64,000 bases of DNA from Bugula neritina (Eukaryota; Animalia; Bryozoa). Shown in pieces: positions 48,501-62,300 of this stretch; positions within the stretch are counted from its first letter, which is position 1; every line of letters begins with the position of its first letter. Both the position numbers and the translations under genes were made by a program. Location: NCBI GenBank assembly GCA_964035545.1, contig OZ037769.1, positions 17,142,633-17,206,632 on the forward strand. The letters run 5' to 3'. The notes below the pieces were generated by a model, which made no database searches, had not been told where the DNA came from, and was given only the letters and a program-made list of their open reading frames with translations.

Positions 48501-49010
48501 AAGAGAGCACTTCTTTCCTGTAGAAATAGTAGTTTCACTTTGACACTAGAGTACTTTCACTTTGACACTAGAGTACTTTCACTTTAACACTAGAGTACTT
48601 TCACTTTGACACTAGAGTAGTTTCACTTTGACACTAGAGTAGTTTCACTTTGACACTAGAGTAGTTTCACTTTGACACTAGAGTAGTTTCACTTCATTAT
48701 ATAATATAAAGTCATACCTTAGCTGTCTTCTTACTCCATGGACCAAATGCCTCATAGGCAGCATCTACCGCTGCCTTCGTATCTTCTGCGTCCAGATCAT
48801 ACACCTCTCCAATGAGACTGCCATTCTTAGGGTTGAACACTACAAACCATACTTCTGTGTAAACAACTTTCACTTACTAACATGCTGTACAGTTTCTTGG
48901 TACAGTTACAGTAGTGTGACCTTATCCTGACCTTGAAACAGTTTCTCTGCTCTCCCTTTCACCCACTCTCCATTGATATATGACTCGGTCCTTCTCAGCC
49001 TCAAGGACAT
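45512..49010 (-). CDS. ALDH5A1: SSADH/ALDH5A1-like aldehyde dehydrogenase, copy A (divergent active site)
   Basis: SFTGS, LELGG, catalytic [24 protein letters not shown]; GT-AG exons homologous to copies B-D. Confidence 0.85.
47549..47873. repeat. 20-bp minisatellite CACAGTGGGCGTGGTATACT, SSADH copy A intron
   Basis: Direct reading; the unit contains a GGGCGTGG GC-box. Confidence 0.92.
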
Positions 49011-50386
49011 GGTTGTTTAGTGCCTATCAATAGAACTGCAACCAATAGAACTGCAACCAATAGAACCAAGGCTCCACAGCCTGCTGAGTGGTTGTGTGTT
49101 ACAACACAGTTGTTATAAAATAAGTTGGTTGGTAAACAGTCCACATACCCAATTGACATATGCCTTCTGTTAAGCCACAAGAGAGTCTAGCAAAATAATA
49201 ACCAAAGAGCCTGTGTTTAGATGAGAAACCTGGGAGAAGTTATGTTTGAGTGAGACTCTCAACCCACACTCCAAACCAGACTTCATAGACATTTAAGTAA
49301 CTTTTTGCACTCAAGTACGTGCATTGCAGATCTTTTGTAAAAGCTCAAATTTCACCCTAACCTACACACTAATTGAAATGCAATGTTGAAAACAAACTAA
49401 AACTCCTAATTAAACTCAATAAAATATTAGGGAGAGCTTACTAGCATTAGCATCTATACATATCTATACATACCTGTAGAACACACATGCACTATCACGA
49501 TGAAAAAGAAAGCATGCCTTCAAGATGTGGTTAAATTGCCTCACTAAGACAACATACTTAGTGTAGCCAATCAGAGGCATGGGGGTAGCAGCATTCTACG
49601 CTTCCACATCAACTGGTATATTCTACATCAACTGGTATATGAAGGTAGTGCTCGGTGGAGGAAATTATTTGCAGTTATTTTTTGATCCGAAATTAGAGTA
49701 AAAGAAAAAAGGGCAAAAGTTAGGACTAGTTTTTTCAGATGGCTTATTATCATCTTTGAAAGTATGTAATAAGAACAACTGTTGTCCCACTAGTTATAGC
49801 ACACAGCGTACTTCATCCTTTAACATTCTGATCGCTATATATACTTCTTCAACGTATAGGTGTCGGTCACATGAATGACCCAGTGTGACCTAGTTACTTG
49901 GGGTAGAGCATAAGGGTGATAGCTACTGTGTCTTGCCTTGACAATAGTCATAGCTCTGGTCAAAACAAGTTGAACAACTGGTTGAAAGGCACATATAGCA
50001 CATATCTGAGAAGTTAATCTCGGCTATATAAATCTTACAGTATTGTGGTGTGACACATCACAATATCAACTATTTAACTTTCTTTATTATTTTATAAATA
50101 TTAGAAAAAAGTAAACATTCATATCAGAGCAAATTTAGTGAATTCAGTAATTTTGTTCCACTGCACGTTCCCAGAAAGATCACTTTTCCGCATAAATAAA
50201 GAAAAACTTTATTATCAACTGTAAAGCAATGCTAAAAGATATTTTTAAATCATTTATAAATAAAAAAATGCCATTTTTAAATGAGACTGTGAACTAAGCT
50301 GAATTAGTAACTAAAGCGTTGAACAAGTTTGATTATAAAACTTTTGTTAGACTGCTCACGGATTGACTAACAAAAACCCAACTACT

Positions 50387-53300
50387 TTATAAGTCAATAC
50401 CGATAGCACACATCTTGATCTGGAGGAACTCATCCATGCCATATTTACCACCTTCTCTACCGATACCGGACTGTTTGTAACCACCAAATGGGCTTTCGAT
50501 GCCTCCAAGTGTTGTATCATTACAGCCAATAAGTCCAGCTTGTAAGGCCTCCATCACACGGTAACACTGGGACAGATCACTGCTATAGAAGTAACCTACG
50601 GAGATACAGAACACACAATGCAAGTAGCGGACATTTAGAAGACAATGTGGGTGTGGCTAAAACAGGAAATAGTGGGAGGTGAAACTTACTAGCCAAGCCT
50701 CTCTCTGAGTCATTAGCTCTTCTGATAGCCTCTTCTTCAGTTTTAAATCTTCAACAATAGAATAAATATTGCGAGGTAGGAGTACAGACACTTCTGGCAA
50801 ATCAAGTTATTCTCAAGCAAGTATATGGTTACCATCCTGCGAGAAAACCCCTGATGGAAGGCGACTTTTGTTAAAGCGGGCTAAGGACTTATTTAAATGA
50901 CGCACAGGAACAATTATGACTGGATGCTCTTCCTAACATCACCAATGGCCTTGGTTTGGGCTCGAACCCATGACTTGGTGTTTACTAGACAAACGCTCTA
51001 ACCCCTAGACCACGGCTGCTCCCTGCCAACTCAACTTATTACTATGTATTTATATTTCCTAAACAGTTGAGTAATAAAGTAAAATCAGTCACGAAGTGTT
51101 GACCAATCAGAACTCACTTAATCACATTGATGACAGGTCCAAACACCTCTTGGTGTAGGATATCCATATCCTCTGTGATTCCAGTTAACAGAGTTGGCTG
51201 GAAATACAACTCCCCGACATCTGTAGCCCTAGAACCACCGCAGATAACCGTGGCTCCTTTACTCTTAGCATCATTGACCAGTCTCTCTACCTGCACACAG
51301 TATATAGTGTGTAGTATCAGGGCTTTATACTATAATGTTACATTCACTGCTGGATGAGTACATCAGATAAATAAGTAAGAGGGGGCAGGTTGATGCCCAC
51401 CCGTACTGCTAGTACACAAGGAACACAGTCTAAACCCACCTTCTCCAACCCTCTGCTGTTTATAAGTGGTCCAATACTAGTCGTAGAATCCATTGGATCT
51501 CCCATCTTCAATGATTTAGTGAGTTTAGTCAGTTCTTCTACTGCCCTGTCATATATCCCTGTAAGTACATAGGAATATCATATACAGTTAACCACCACTA
51601 CAAGGCCTGCACTGTACATATTCTGTCATATTGTGACAGTGTTAGTCATGTGACAGTGGTAGTCATGTGAAAGACTGAAAATATTACCTTCCTGAATAAA
51701 GAAATTCTGAGCACTGATGCAAGCTTGACCACAGTTCCGGAACTTTGCAAATAGAGTTCCTGAGACGACCTTGGAAAGGTCAGCCGAGTCGAAGACTATG
51801 AGAGGAGCCAAACCACCGAGCTCTAAACTTATTCTCTTCACTTCTACTGCACACTGAGACATGAGTAGCTGTAATACATAATATAATATAATACATAATA
51901 TAATATAATATAACACAGTAATATAATATAATGCAGTAATATAATATAATACAGTAATATAATATAATATAACACAGTAATATAATATAATACAGAAAGT
52001 AATATAATACAGTAATATAATATAATGCAGTAATATAATATAATAATATTCTGAGACTTACTTTACCAACTTCACAGGAACCTGTGAAAGAGACGGTAGA
52101 GACTTTAGGGTCAGAAGAGAAAAGCTGTCCGATGCCGGCAGCATTAGATCTGCTGCAGGAGACTATATTTAGAACACCTTTGGGAATCCCAGCTCTGTTA
52201 GCTAGCTGTAACATAGTAGCATGGTGAGGACATGTAATAGCACATAGTACACTCTATAATATACAACTGGTAGCCTCAGTACCTCAACTAAAGCTGTGGG
52301 GATGTACGGGGTGTCTTCTGGGGACTTCACAACAACAGTACATCCGGCAGCCAGAGCTGGACCTACTTTACGAGTCAGCATACCAGCTGGGAAGTTCCAC
52401 TGAAACATATCAAAGTGAGTCAATGAATATATAGTCACAGTACCATGTAGTGAATATATAGTCACAGTATCATGGACTGAAAGGAGTTTCATTAGGAATA
52501 ATCATTACGGTAGTTGAGAGTTTCACACCCACCGGCACTATGATTCCAGCTACTCCAATCGGCTCTTTTCTTATAATGGATCTTCTATTAGTTACGGGGA
52601 ACTCAATTGTCTCCCCATACACTCTCCTAGCCTCAGCTGAGTACCAGTCTAGAAATGAGGCTGCATACATCATCTCCCCCTTCCCTTCAGCTAATGGCTT
52701 TCCCTGGGAATGTAATGTGACAGTCTAAAGCTGTGAAGATGTGCTGTATGTATGCTGTGTTACGTCTAGTCACTTTACAGTAGATGTACAGTCTACTTAC
52801 TTTATTACTCAACTTACATTCTCTTCTGTTAACATCTCTCCAAGTTCTGGAATGTTCTCTAATATTAAACTGTACCATTTGTACAAGAGAGCACTTCTTT
52901 CCTGTAGAAATAGTAGTTTCACTTTGACACTAGAGTAGTTTCACTTTGACACTAGAGTACTTTCACTTTGACACTAGATTAGTTTCACTTTGACACTAGA
53001 GTAGTTTCACTTTGACACTAGAGTACTTTCACTTTGACACTAGAGTAGTTTCACTTTGACACTAGAGTAGTTTCACTTTGACACTAGAGTACTTTCACTT
53101 TGACACTAGAGTAGTTTCACTTTGACACAAGAGTAGTTTCACTTTGACACTAGAGTAGTTTCACTTCATTATATAATATAAAGTCATACCTTAGCTGTCT
53201 TCTTACTCCACGGACCAAATGCCTCATAGGCAGCATCTACCGCTGCCTTCGTATCTTCTGCGTCCAGATCATACACCTCTCCAATGAGACTGCCATTCTT

Positions 53301-53481
53301 AGGGTTGAACACTACAAACCATACTTCTGTGTAAACACATTCACTTACTAACAAGCTGTACACTTTCTTGGTACAGTTACAGTAGTGTAACCTTATCCTG
53401 ACCTTGAAACAGCTTCTCTGCTCTCCCTTTCACCCACTCTCCATTGATATACGACTCAGACCTTCTCAGACTCTCTGACAT
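50387..53481 (-). CDS. ALDH5A1: SSADH/ALDH5A1-like, copy B
   Basis: [35 protein letters not shown]; ATG of MSESLRR at 53481. Confidence 0.88.
50825..51025 (-). mobile_element. tRNA-derived SINE in an SSADH copy B intron
   Basis: Minus strand A-box TGGTCTAGGGG and B-box GGTTCGAGCCC, followed by non-tRNA body GGTGATGTTAGGAAGAGCATCCAGTCATAA; absent from the homologous intron of copies C and D. Confidence 0.7.
52912..53166. repeat. 22-bp VNTR AGTAGTTTCACTTTGACACTAG (also at ~48530, ~57597 and ~62593)
   Basis: Same intron in all four SSADH copies with different copy numbers. Confidence 0.93.
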
Positions 53482-56400
53482 GATTGTTGAAGTGTGCAAG
53501 TCTTTACTCAGTACTTATAGTCATATGTTTAACTTCTTACACAGACTAGTGTGTGCACAGAGATAAACAATGGAGATCCTTCTATGTTCTTAGATAGTCA
53601 AAGTTTCTTGAAATATCAGCATAAGATATAGTGGCTAGAAATATACAAGTTTGAGCAATGCCACCACACCAAGTATGTACTTGGTAAAGTCCACAGTCTA
53701 AAGCCTCCTTCACTGAGTACACACTACCTTAATGAACTGACTGTGAGTTATGAAGTGCAGCTGACCATGTGACCTCTAGTAGACCTTGTGACACGCCCAC
53801 TTTAACAAACCAATAATCAAGTAAATATGAATACAAGTCGACTACCCTGGGAAAGTTTAAGTTGAGCTAATGGTTGGTACACAGATAATAGATAGCCTAA
53901 GTGACACTCCCTTCACAGAAATTTTTGCTAATGAGTACATAACCTGTGCCTAGAAGAACAAGGAAAAGTTCTAGAATCTCAGACCGCATCTATATTAATA
54001 CAGCCATGAGTTGATATACAAGACTAGATATACTACATGTAAGTGATGGAATCCAAGCAGAGGATGTTATTTAAATATAAACACTAATAGGAAATTTCTG
54101 AGTGTATTGATTAGAAGAGTTGTGTGTCCTTGTAAACTGCTGATACTTTATATATCAATCTTCTCACCAATTAAATTGCTATTCTGACTCATACGCTGCA
54201 GCTCCTGTGCTGACATAACAGTGAAGTGACTTCTGCACACTGAGATGGTTTGATAGTACAGTTGGTAGACGTATGCAGCTAAAATACTCGCATCTCATTG
54301 GTTGGGGAGAGAAAGATGAAGAGACACAATTTTATGAACTAAACTCAGAGTCACTAAAACCCTGACAGTTTATGTTCAGCCATGTTAAATTGAGTTTGCA
54401 ACGTTGTGGCATAACATAATCTACTAGTTCAAGTTGTTTGGCACTTTATTAATTTACATCTGTCTGTGTTATTAAAAAGTCAGATGAGAACTCTCTTTAG
54501 TATAAACCAGTTTATTATCACAACAAAGGGAGTGGATTTAGAAAAAGCAGCTACAGTAATCTACACACATACTCTGGGGTTGTAGACAATAATGGAACTC
54601 AACGTATAGAAGTTTATCTCAGACTAACTGAGAGAAACTTGGACTTTGATAGTTGAGGAGTAAATACTGTAGACGTACCACCAGTAGATGGTGAGAAAGA
54701 TTAATTTGGTAAAAAACAGGAAATTGAGTTAAATATAATATCTACACTAAAAGGTAATAGTGCTTCACTAGTAAGTAAAGTAACTCATAGTTCTGAACTG
54801 GACCGTGATTTCAGTTAAATTAGTGACTAAAGCTTCAAGCCTCATTATAAAAGTGTTGATAACCTGGTGACAAGCAAATTACAACAACCCAACTAGTTTA
54901 TATGTCAATACCGATAGCACACATCTTGATCTGGAGGAACTCATCCATGCCATATTTACCACCTTCTCTACCGATACCAGACTGTTTGTAACCACCAAAT
55001 GGAGTTTCAGCACTGCTAACTGTTGTGTCATTACAGCCAATAAGTCCAGCTTGTAAGGCCTCCATCACACGGTAACACTGGGACAGATCACTGCTGTAGA
55101 AGTAACCTACGCAGATACAGAACACACAATGCAAGTAGCGGACATTTAGAAGATAGTGTGGGTGTGGCTAAAACAGGAAACAGGGGGAAGTGAAACTTAC
55201 TAGCCAAGCCTCTCTCTGAGTCATTAGCTCTTCTGATAGCTTCTTCTTCAGTTTTAAATCTTCAACAATAGAATAAATATTGTGAGGTTGGAGGAGAGAC
55301 ACTTCTGGTAAGAGTAGAGCTGATTATATAAGAACATTACGGAGATGGTAACAGTGGTCATGAAGGTATAAGTGGATAAGTTTTAAATTTAGTTTAATCT
55401 TGAAAAGTATTTTTTTAAAAACATCCTTATATGGCACCAATTCATTATGTCATAAATATTAAATCATTTTGATAAACTTACAATGCGATGAGTATGATTG
55501 TATTACTATTTGTAAGAATAAGTCTCTCCCGATACATGCTGGTCACTTATTACTCTGCACATCATACACGAGGAGTTATGTTCTTCTCAAAATATCAGTC
55601 ACCAAGTGTTGACCAATGAGAACTCACTTAATCACATTGATGACAGGTCCAAACACCTCTTGGCGTAGGATATCCATATCCTCTGTGATTCCAGTTAACA
55701 GAGTTGGCTGGAAATACAACTCCCCGACATCTGTAGCCCTAGAACCACCGCAGATAACCGTGGCTCCTTTACTCTTAGCATCATTGACCAGTCTCTCTAC
55801 CTGCACACAGTATATAGTGTGTAGTATCAGGGCTTTATACTATAATGTTACATTCACTGCTGGATGAGTACATCAGATAAATAAGTAAAAGGGGGCAGGC
55901 TGATGCCCTCTCGTACTGCTAGTACACAAGGAACACAGTCCAAACCCACCTTCTCCAACCCTCTGCTGTTTATAAGTGGTCCAATACTAGTCGTAGAATC
56001 CATTGGATCTCCCATCTTCAATGATTTAGTGAGTTTAGTTAGTTCTTCTACTGCCCTGTCATATATCCCTGTAAGTACATAGGAATATCATATACAGTTA
56101 ACCACCACTACAAAGTCTGCACTGTATATAGTCTGTCATATTGTGATAATGTTAGTCACGTGAAAGACTGAAAATATTACCTTCCTGAATAAAGAAATTC
56201 TGAGCACTGATGCAAGCTTGGCCACAGTTACGGAACTTTGCAAATAGAGTTCCCGAGACGACCTTGGAAAGGTCAGCCGAGTCGAAGACTATGAGAGGAG
56301 CCAAACCACCGAGCTCTAAACTTATTCTCTTCACTTCTACTGCACACTGAGACATGAGTAACTGTAATACATAATATAATATAATGCAGTAATATAATAT

Positions 56401-59377
56401 AATACAGTAATATAATATAATATAATACAGTAATATAATATAATATAATACAGTAATATAATTTAATATAGTAATATAAAACAGTAATACAATATAATAT
56501 AATACAGTTAGTAATATAATACAGTGATATAATATAATATAATATAATAATATAATATAATATAGTAATATAATACAAGTAATATAATATAATACAGTAA
56601 TATAATATAACACAGTAATATAATATAATACAGAAAGTAATATAATATAATACAGTAATATAATATAATAATAATATTCCAAGACTTACTTTACCAACTT
56701 CACAAGAACCTGTGAAAGAGACGGTAAAGACTTTAGGGTCAGAAGAGAAAAGCTGTCCGATGCCGGCAGCATTAGATCTGCTGCAGGAGACTATATTTAG
56801 AACACCTCTGGGAATCCCAGCTCTGTTAGCTAGCTGTAACATAGTAGCATGGTGAGGACATATAATGGCATATAGTATACTCTATAATATACAACTGGTA
56901 GCCTCAGTACCTCTACTAAAGCTGTGGGGATGTACGGGGTGTCTTCTGGGGACTTCACAACAACAGTGCATCCGGCAGCCAGAGCTGGACCTACTTTACG
57001 AGTCAGCATACCAGCTGGGAAGTTCCACTGAAACATATCAAAGTGAGTCACTGAGTATATAGTCACAGTATCATGTAGTGAGTATATATAGTCACAGTAC
57101 CATGTAGTGAGTATATAGTCACAGTACCATGTAGTGAGTATATAGTCACAGTATCATGGACCGAAAGGTGTATTATTATGAATAATCATTACGGTAGTTT
57201 AGAGTTTCACACCCACCGGCACTATGATTCCAGCTACTCCAATCGGCTCTTTTCTTATAATGGATCTTCTATTAGTTACGGGGAACTCAATTGTCTCCCC
57301 ATACACTCTCCTAGCCTCAGCTGAATACCAGTCTAGAAATGAGGCTGCATACATCATCTCCCCCTTCCCTTCAGCTAATGGCTTTCCCTGGGAATGTAAT
57401 GTGACAGTCTAAAGCTGTTAAGATGTGCTGTATGTATGCTGTGTTATGTCTAGTCACTTTAGAGTAGATGTACAGTCTACTTACTTTATTACACAACTTA
57501 CATTCTCTTCTGTTAACATCTCTCCAAGTTCTGGAATGTTCTCCAATATTAAACTGTACCATTTGTACAAGAGAGCACTTCTTTCCTGTAGAAATAGTAG
57601 TTTCACTTTGACACTAGAGTAGTTTCACTTTGACACTAGAGTAGTTTCACTTCATTATATAATATAAAGTCATACCTTAGCTGTTTTCTTACTCCACGGA
57701 CCAAATGCTTCATAGGCAGCATCTACCGCTGCCTTCGTATCTTCTGCGTCCAGATCATACACCTCTCCAATGAGACTGCCATTCTTAGGGTTGAACACTA
57801 CAAACCATACTTCTGTGTAAACACATTCACTTACTAACAAGCTGTACACTTTCTTGGTACAGTTACAGTAGTGTAACCTTATCCTGACCTTGAAACAGCT
57901 TCTCTGCTCTCCCTTTCACCCACTCTCCATTGATATATGACTCGGACCTTCTCAGACTCTCTGACATGATTGTTGAAGTGTGCAAGTTTTTACTCAGTAC
58001 TTATAGTCATATGTTTAACTTCTTACACAGACTAGTGTGTGCACAGAGATAAACAATGGAGATCCTTCTATGTTCTTAGATAGTCAAAGTTTCTTGAAAT
58101 ATCAGCATAAGATATGGTGGCTAGAAATATACAAGTTTGAGCAATGCCACCACACCAAGTATGTACTTGGTAAAGTCCACAGTCTAAAGCCTCCTTCACT
58201 GAGTACACACTACCTTAATGAACTGACTGTGAGTTATGAAGTGCAGCTGACCATGTGACCTCTAGTAGACCTTGTGACACGCCCACTTTAACAAACCAAT
58301 AATCAAGTAAATATGAATACAAGTCGACTACCCTGGGAAAGTTTAAGTTGAGCTAATGGTTGGTACACAGATAATAGATAGCCTAAGTGACACTCCCTTC
58401 ACAGAAATTTTTGCTAATGAGTACATAACCTGTGCCTAGAAGAACAAGGAAAAGTTCTAGAATCTCAGACCGCATCTATATTAATACAGCCATGAGTTGA
58501 TATACAAGACTAGATATACTACATGTAAGTGATGGAATCCAAACAGAGAATGTTATTTAAATATAAACACTGATAGGAAATTTCTGAGTGTATTGATTAG
58601 AAGAGTTGTGTGTCCTTGTAAACTGCTGATACTTTATATATCAATCTTCTCACCAATTAAATTGCTATTCTGACTCATACGCTGCAGCTCCTGTGCTGAC
58701 ATAACAGTGAAGTGACTTCTGCACGCTGAGAAGGTTTAATAGTACCGTTGGTAGACGTATGCAGCTAAAATACTCGCATCTCATTGGTTGGGGAGAGAAA
58801 GATTAAGAGACACAACTTTATGAACTAAACTCAGAGTCACTAAAACCCTGACTGTTTATGTTCAGCCATGTTAAATTGACTGCAATGTTGTGGCATAACA
58901 TAATTGTTCAAGTTGTTTGGCACTTTATTGATTTACATCTGTCTGTGTTATTAAATACTCAGATGAGAACTCTCTTTAGTATAAACCAGTTTATTATCAC
59001 AACAAAGGGAGTGGATTTAGAAAAAGCAGCTACAGTAATCTACGCACATATACTGGGGTTGTAGACAATAATGCAACTCAACGTATAGAAGTTTATCTCA
59101 GACTAACTGAGAGAAACTTGGACTCTGTTAGTTGAGGAGTAAATACTGTAGACGTACCACCAGTAGATGGTGAGAAAGATTAATTTGGTAAAAAACAGGA
59201 AATTGAGTTAAATATAATATCTACACTAAAAGGTAATAGTGCTTCACTAGTAAGTAAAGTAACTCATAGTTCTGAACTGGACCGTGATTTCAGTTAAATT
59301 AGTGACTAAAGCTTCAAGCCTCATTATAAAATTGTTGATAACCTGGTGACAAAGCAAATTACAACAACCCAACTAGT
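53482..59377. repeat. Near-identical intergenic spacers B-C (53482-54897) and C-D (57968-59377); ~4.48-kb tandem duplication unit
   Basis: Spacers align almost base for base; stop codons of C and D are 4480 bp apart. Confidence 0.93.
54898..57967 (-). CDS. ALDH5A1: SSADH/ALDH5A1-like, copy C
   Basis: Same exon set and motifs as copies B and D; ATG at 57967. Confidence 0.88.
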
Positions 59378-62300
59378 TTATATGTCAATACCGATAGCAC
59401 ACATCTTGATCTGGAGGAACTCATCCATGCCATATTTACCACCTTCTCTACCGATACCAGACTGTTTGTAACCACCAAATGGAGTTTCAGCACTGCTAAC
59501 TGTTGTGTCATTACAGCCAATAAGTCCAGCTTGTAAGGCCTCCATCACACGGTAACACTGGGACAGATCACTGCTGTAGAAGTAACCTACGCAGATACAG
59601 AACACACAATGCAAGTAGCGGACATTTAGAAGATAGTGTGGGTGTGGCTAAAACAGGAAACAGGGGGAAGTGAAACTTACTAGCCAAGCCTCTCTCTGAG
59701 TCATTAGCTCTTCTGATAGCCTCTTCTTCAGTTTTAAATCTTCAACAATAGAATAAATATTGCGAGGTTGGAGTAGAGACACTTCTGGTAAGAGTAGAGC
59801 TGATTATACAAGAACATTACGGAGATGGTAACATGGTCATGAAGGTATAACTGGATAAGTTTTAAATTTAATTTAATCTTGAAAAGAATTTTTCTAAAAA
59901 CGCCCTTATATGGCACCAATTCATTATGTCATAAATACTAAATCATTTTGATAAAATTACAACGGGATGAGTATGATTGTATTACTATTACTTAGTATTT
60001 GCCAGAATAAGTCTCTCCCAATACATGCTAGTCACTTATTACTCTGCATATCATACACGAGGAGTTATGTTCTCCTCAAAGTGTCAGTCACCAAGTGTTG
60101 ACCAATGAGAACTCACTTAATCACATTGATGACAGGTCCAAAAACCTCTTGGCGTAGGATATCCATATCCTCTGTGATTCCAGTTAACAGAGTTGGCTGG
60201 AAATACAACTCCCCGACATCTGTAGCCCTAGAACCACCGCAGATAACTGTGGCTCCTTTACTCTTAGCATCATTGACCAGTCTCTCTACCTGCACACAGT
60301 ATATAGTGTGTAGTATCAGGGCTTTATACTATAATGTTACATTCACTGCTGGATGAGTACATCAGATACATCAGTAAGAGGGGGCAGGCTGATGCCCACC
60401 CGTACTGCTAGTACACAAGGAACACAGTCTAAACCCACCTTCTCCAACCCTCTGCTGTTTATAAGTGGTCCAATACTAGTCGTAGAATCCATTGGATCTC
60501 CCATCTTCAATGATTTAGTGAGTTTAGTCAGTTCTTCTACTGCCCTGTCATATATCCCTGTAAGTACATAGGAATATCATATACAGTTAACCACCACTAC
60601 AAAGTATACACTGTACATAATCTGTCATATTGTGACAGTGTTAGTCATGTGAAAGACTGAAAATATTACCTTCCTGAATAAAGAAATTCTGAGCACTGAT
60701 GCAAGCTTGGCCACAGTTACGGAACTTTGCAAATAGAGTTCCCGAGACGACCTTGGAAAGGTCAGCCGAGTCGAAGACTATGAGAGGAGCCAAACCACCG
60801 AGCTCTAAACTTATTCTCTTCACTTCTACTGCACACTGAGACATGAGTAGCTGTAATACATAATATAATATAATACATAATATAATACATAATATAATAT
60901 AATACAGTAATATAATATAATACAGTAATATAATTTAATACAGTAATATAATATAATATAATACAGTAATATAATATAATATAATACAGTAATATAATAT
61001 AATTCAGTAATATAATATAATACAGTAATATAATACAATATAGTAATATAATATAATACAGCAATATAATATAATATAATGCAGTAATATAATATAATAT
61101 AATACAGTAATATAATATAATGCAGTAATATAATATAATATAATGCAGTAATATAATATAATATAATGCAGTAATATAATATAATAATAATTTTCTAAGA
61201 CTTACTTTACCAACTTCACAAGAACCTGTGAAAGAGACGGTAGAGACTTTAGGGTCAGAAGAGAAAAGCTGTCCGATGCCGGCAGCATTAGATCTGCTGC
61301 AGGAGACTATATTTAGAACACCTTTGGGAATCCCAGCTCTGTTAGCTAGCTGTAACATAGTAGCATGGTGAGGACATGTAATAGCACATAGTACACTCTA
61401 TAATATACAACTGGTAGCCTCAGTACCTCTACTAAAGCTGTGGGGATGTACGGGGTGTCTTCTGGGGACTTCACAACAACAGTACATCCGGCAGCGAGAG
61501 CTGGGCCTACTTTACGAGTCAGCATACCAGCTGGGAAGTTCCACTGAAACATATCAAAGTGAGTCAGTGAGTATATAGTCACAGTACCATGTAGTGAATA
61601 TATAGTCACAGTAACATGTAGTGAGTATATAGTCACAGTATCATGTAGTGAGTATATAGTCACAGTATCATGTAGTGAGTATATAGTCACAGTAACATGT
61701 AGTGAGTATATAGTCACAGTATCATGTAGTGAGTATATAGTCACAGTATCATGTAGTGAGTATATAGTCACAGTATCATGTAGTGAGTATATAGTCACAG
61801 TACCATGTAGTGAGAGTTTGGAGTGAGAGTCAACGTGTTAGTATCTGTGACAGTAACATGAAACTATTATGAAATACTTAACATATTTTCATCTGCCTGC
61901 ATTTCATTTCATAAACTTATCTAAACATGAGGTCAGCAGGTTGGAGGCTGACAGGGCTCTAGTTTCTACTGGCAGCTCACAGATTATATATATTACAGCA
62001 ATGACCTTAGCAACTAGGGTAAGAAATGTGAACATAATGGTAAACGTATTCATAGACACTATAAAAGAGAGACAACTCCCAGATACTGTCTGTACTAAGC
62101 TGTATGTTCTACTTGGCACTCTGTATGTATTATAGTACAGCAAGGTAGTCACTTGACTATAAAGAGTTTCATTATGAATGATCATTACGGTAGTTGAGAG
62201 TTGCACACCCACCGGCACTATGATTCCAGCTACTCCAATCGGCTCTTTTCTTATAATGGATCTTCTATTAGTTACGGGGAACTCAATTGTCTCCCCATAC

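Noticed and set aside
50950-51025. Possible tRNA gene
   Set aside because: A and B boxes are present but there is no proper acceptor stem and it runs into a SINE-like body.
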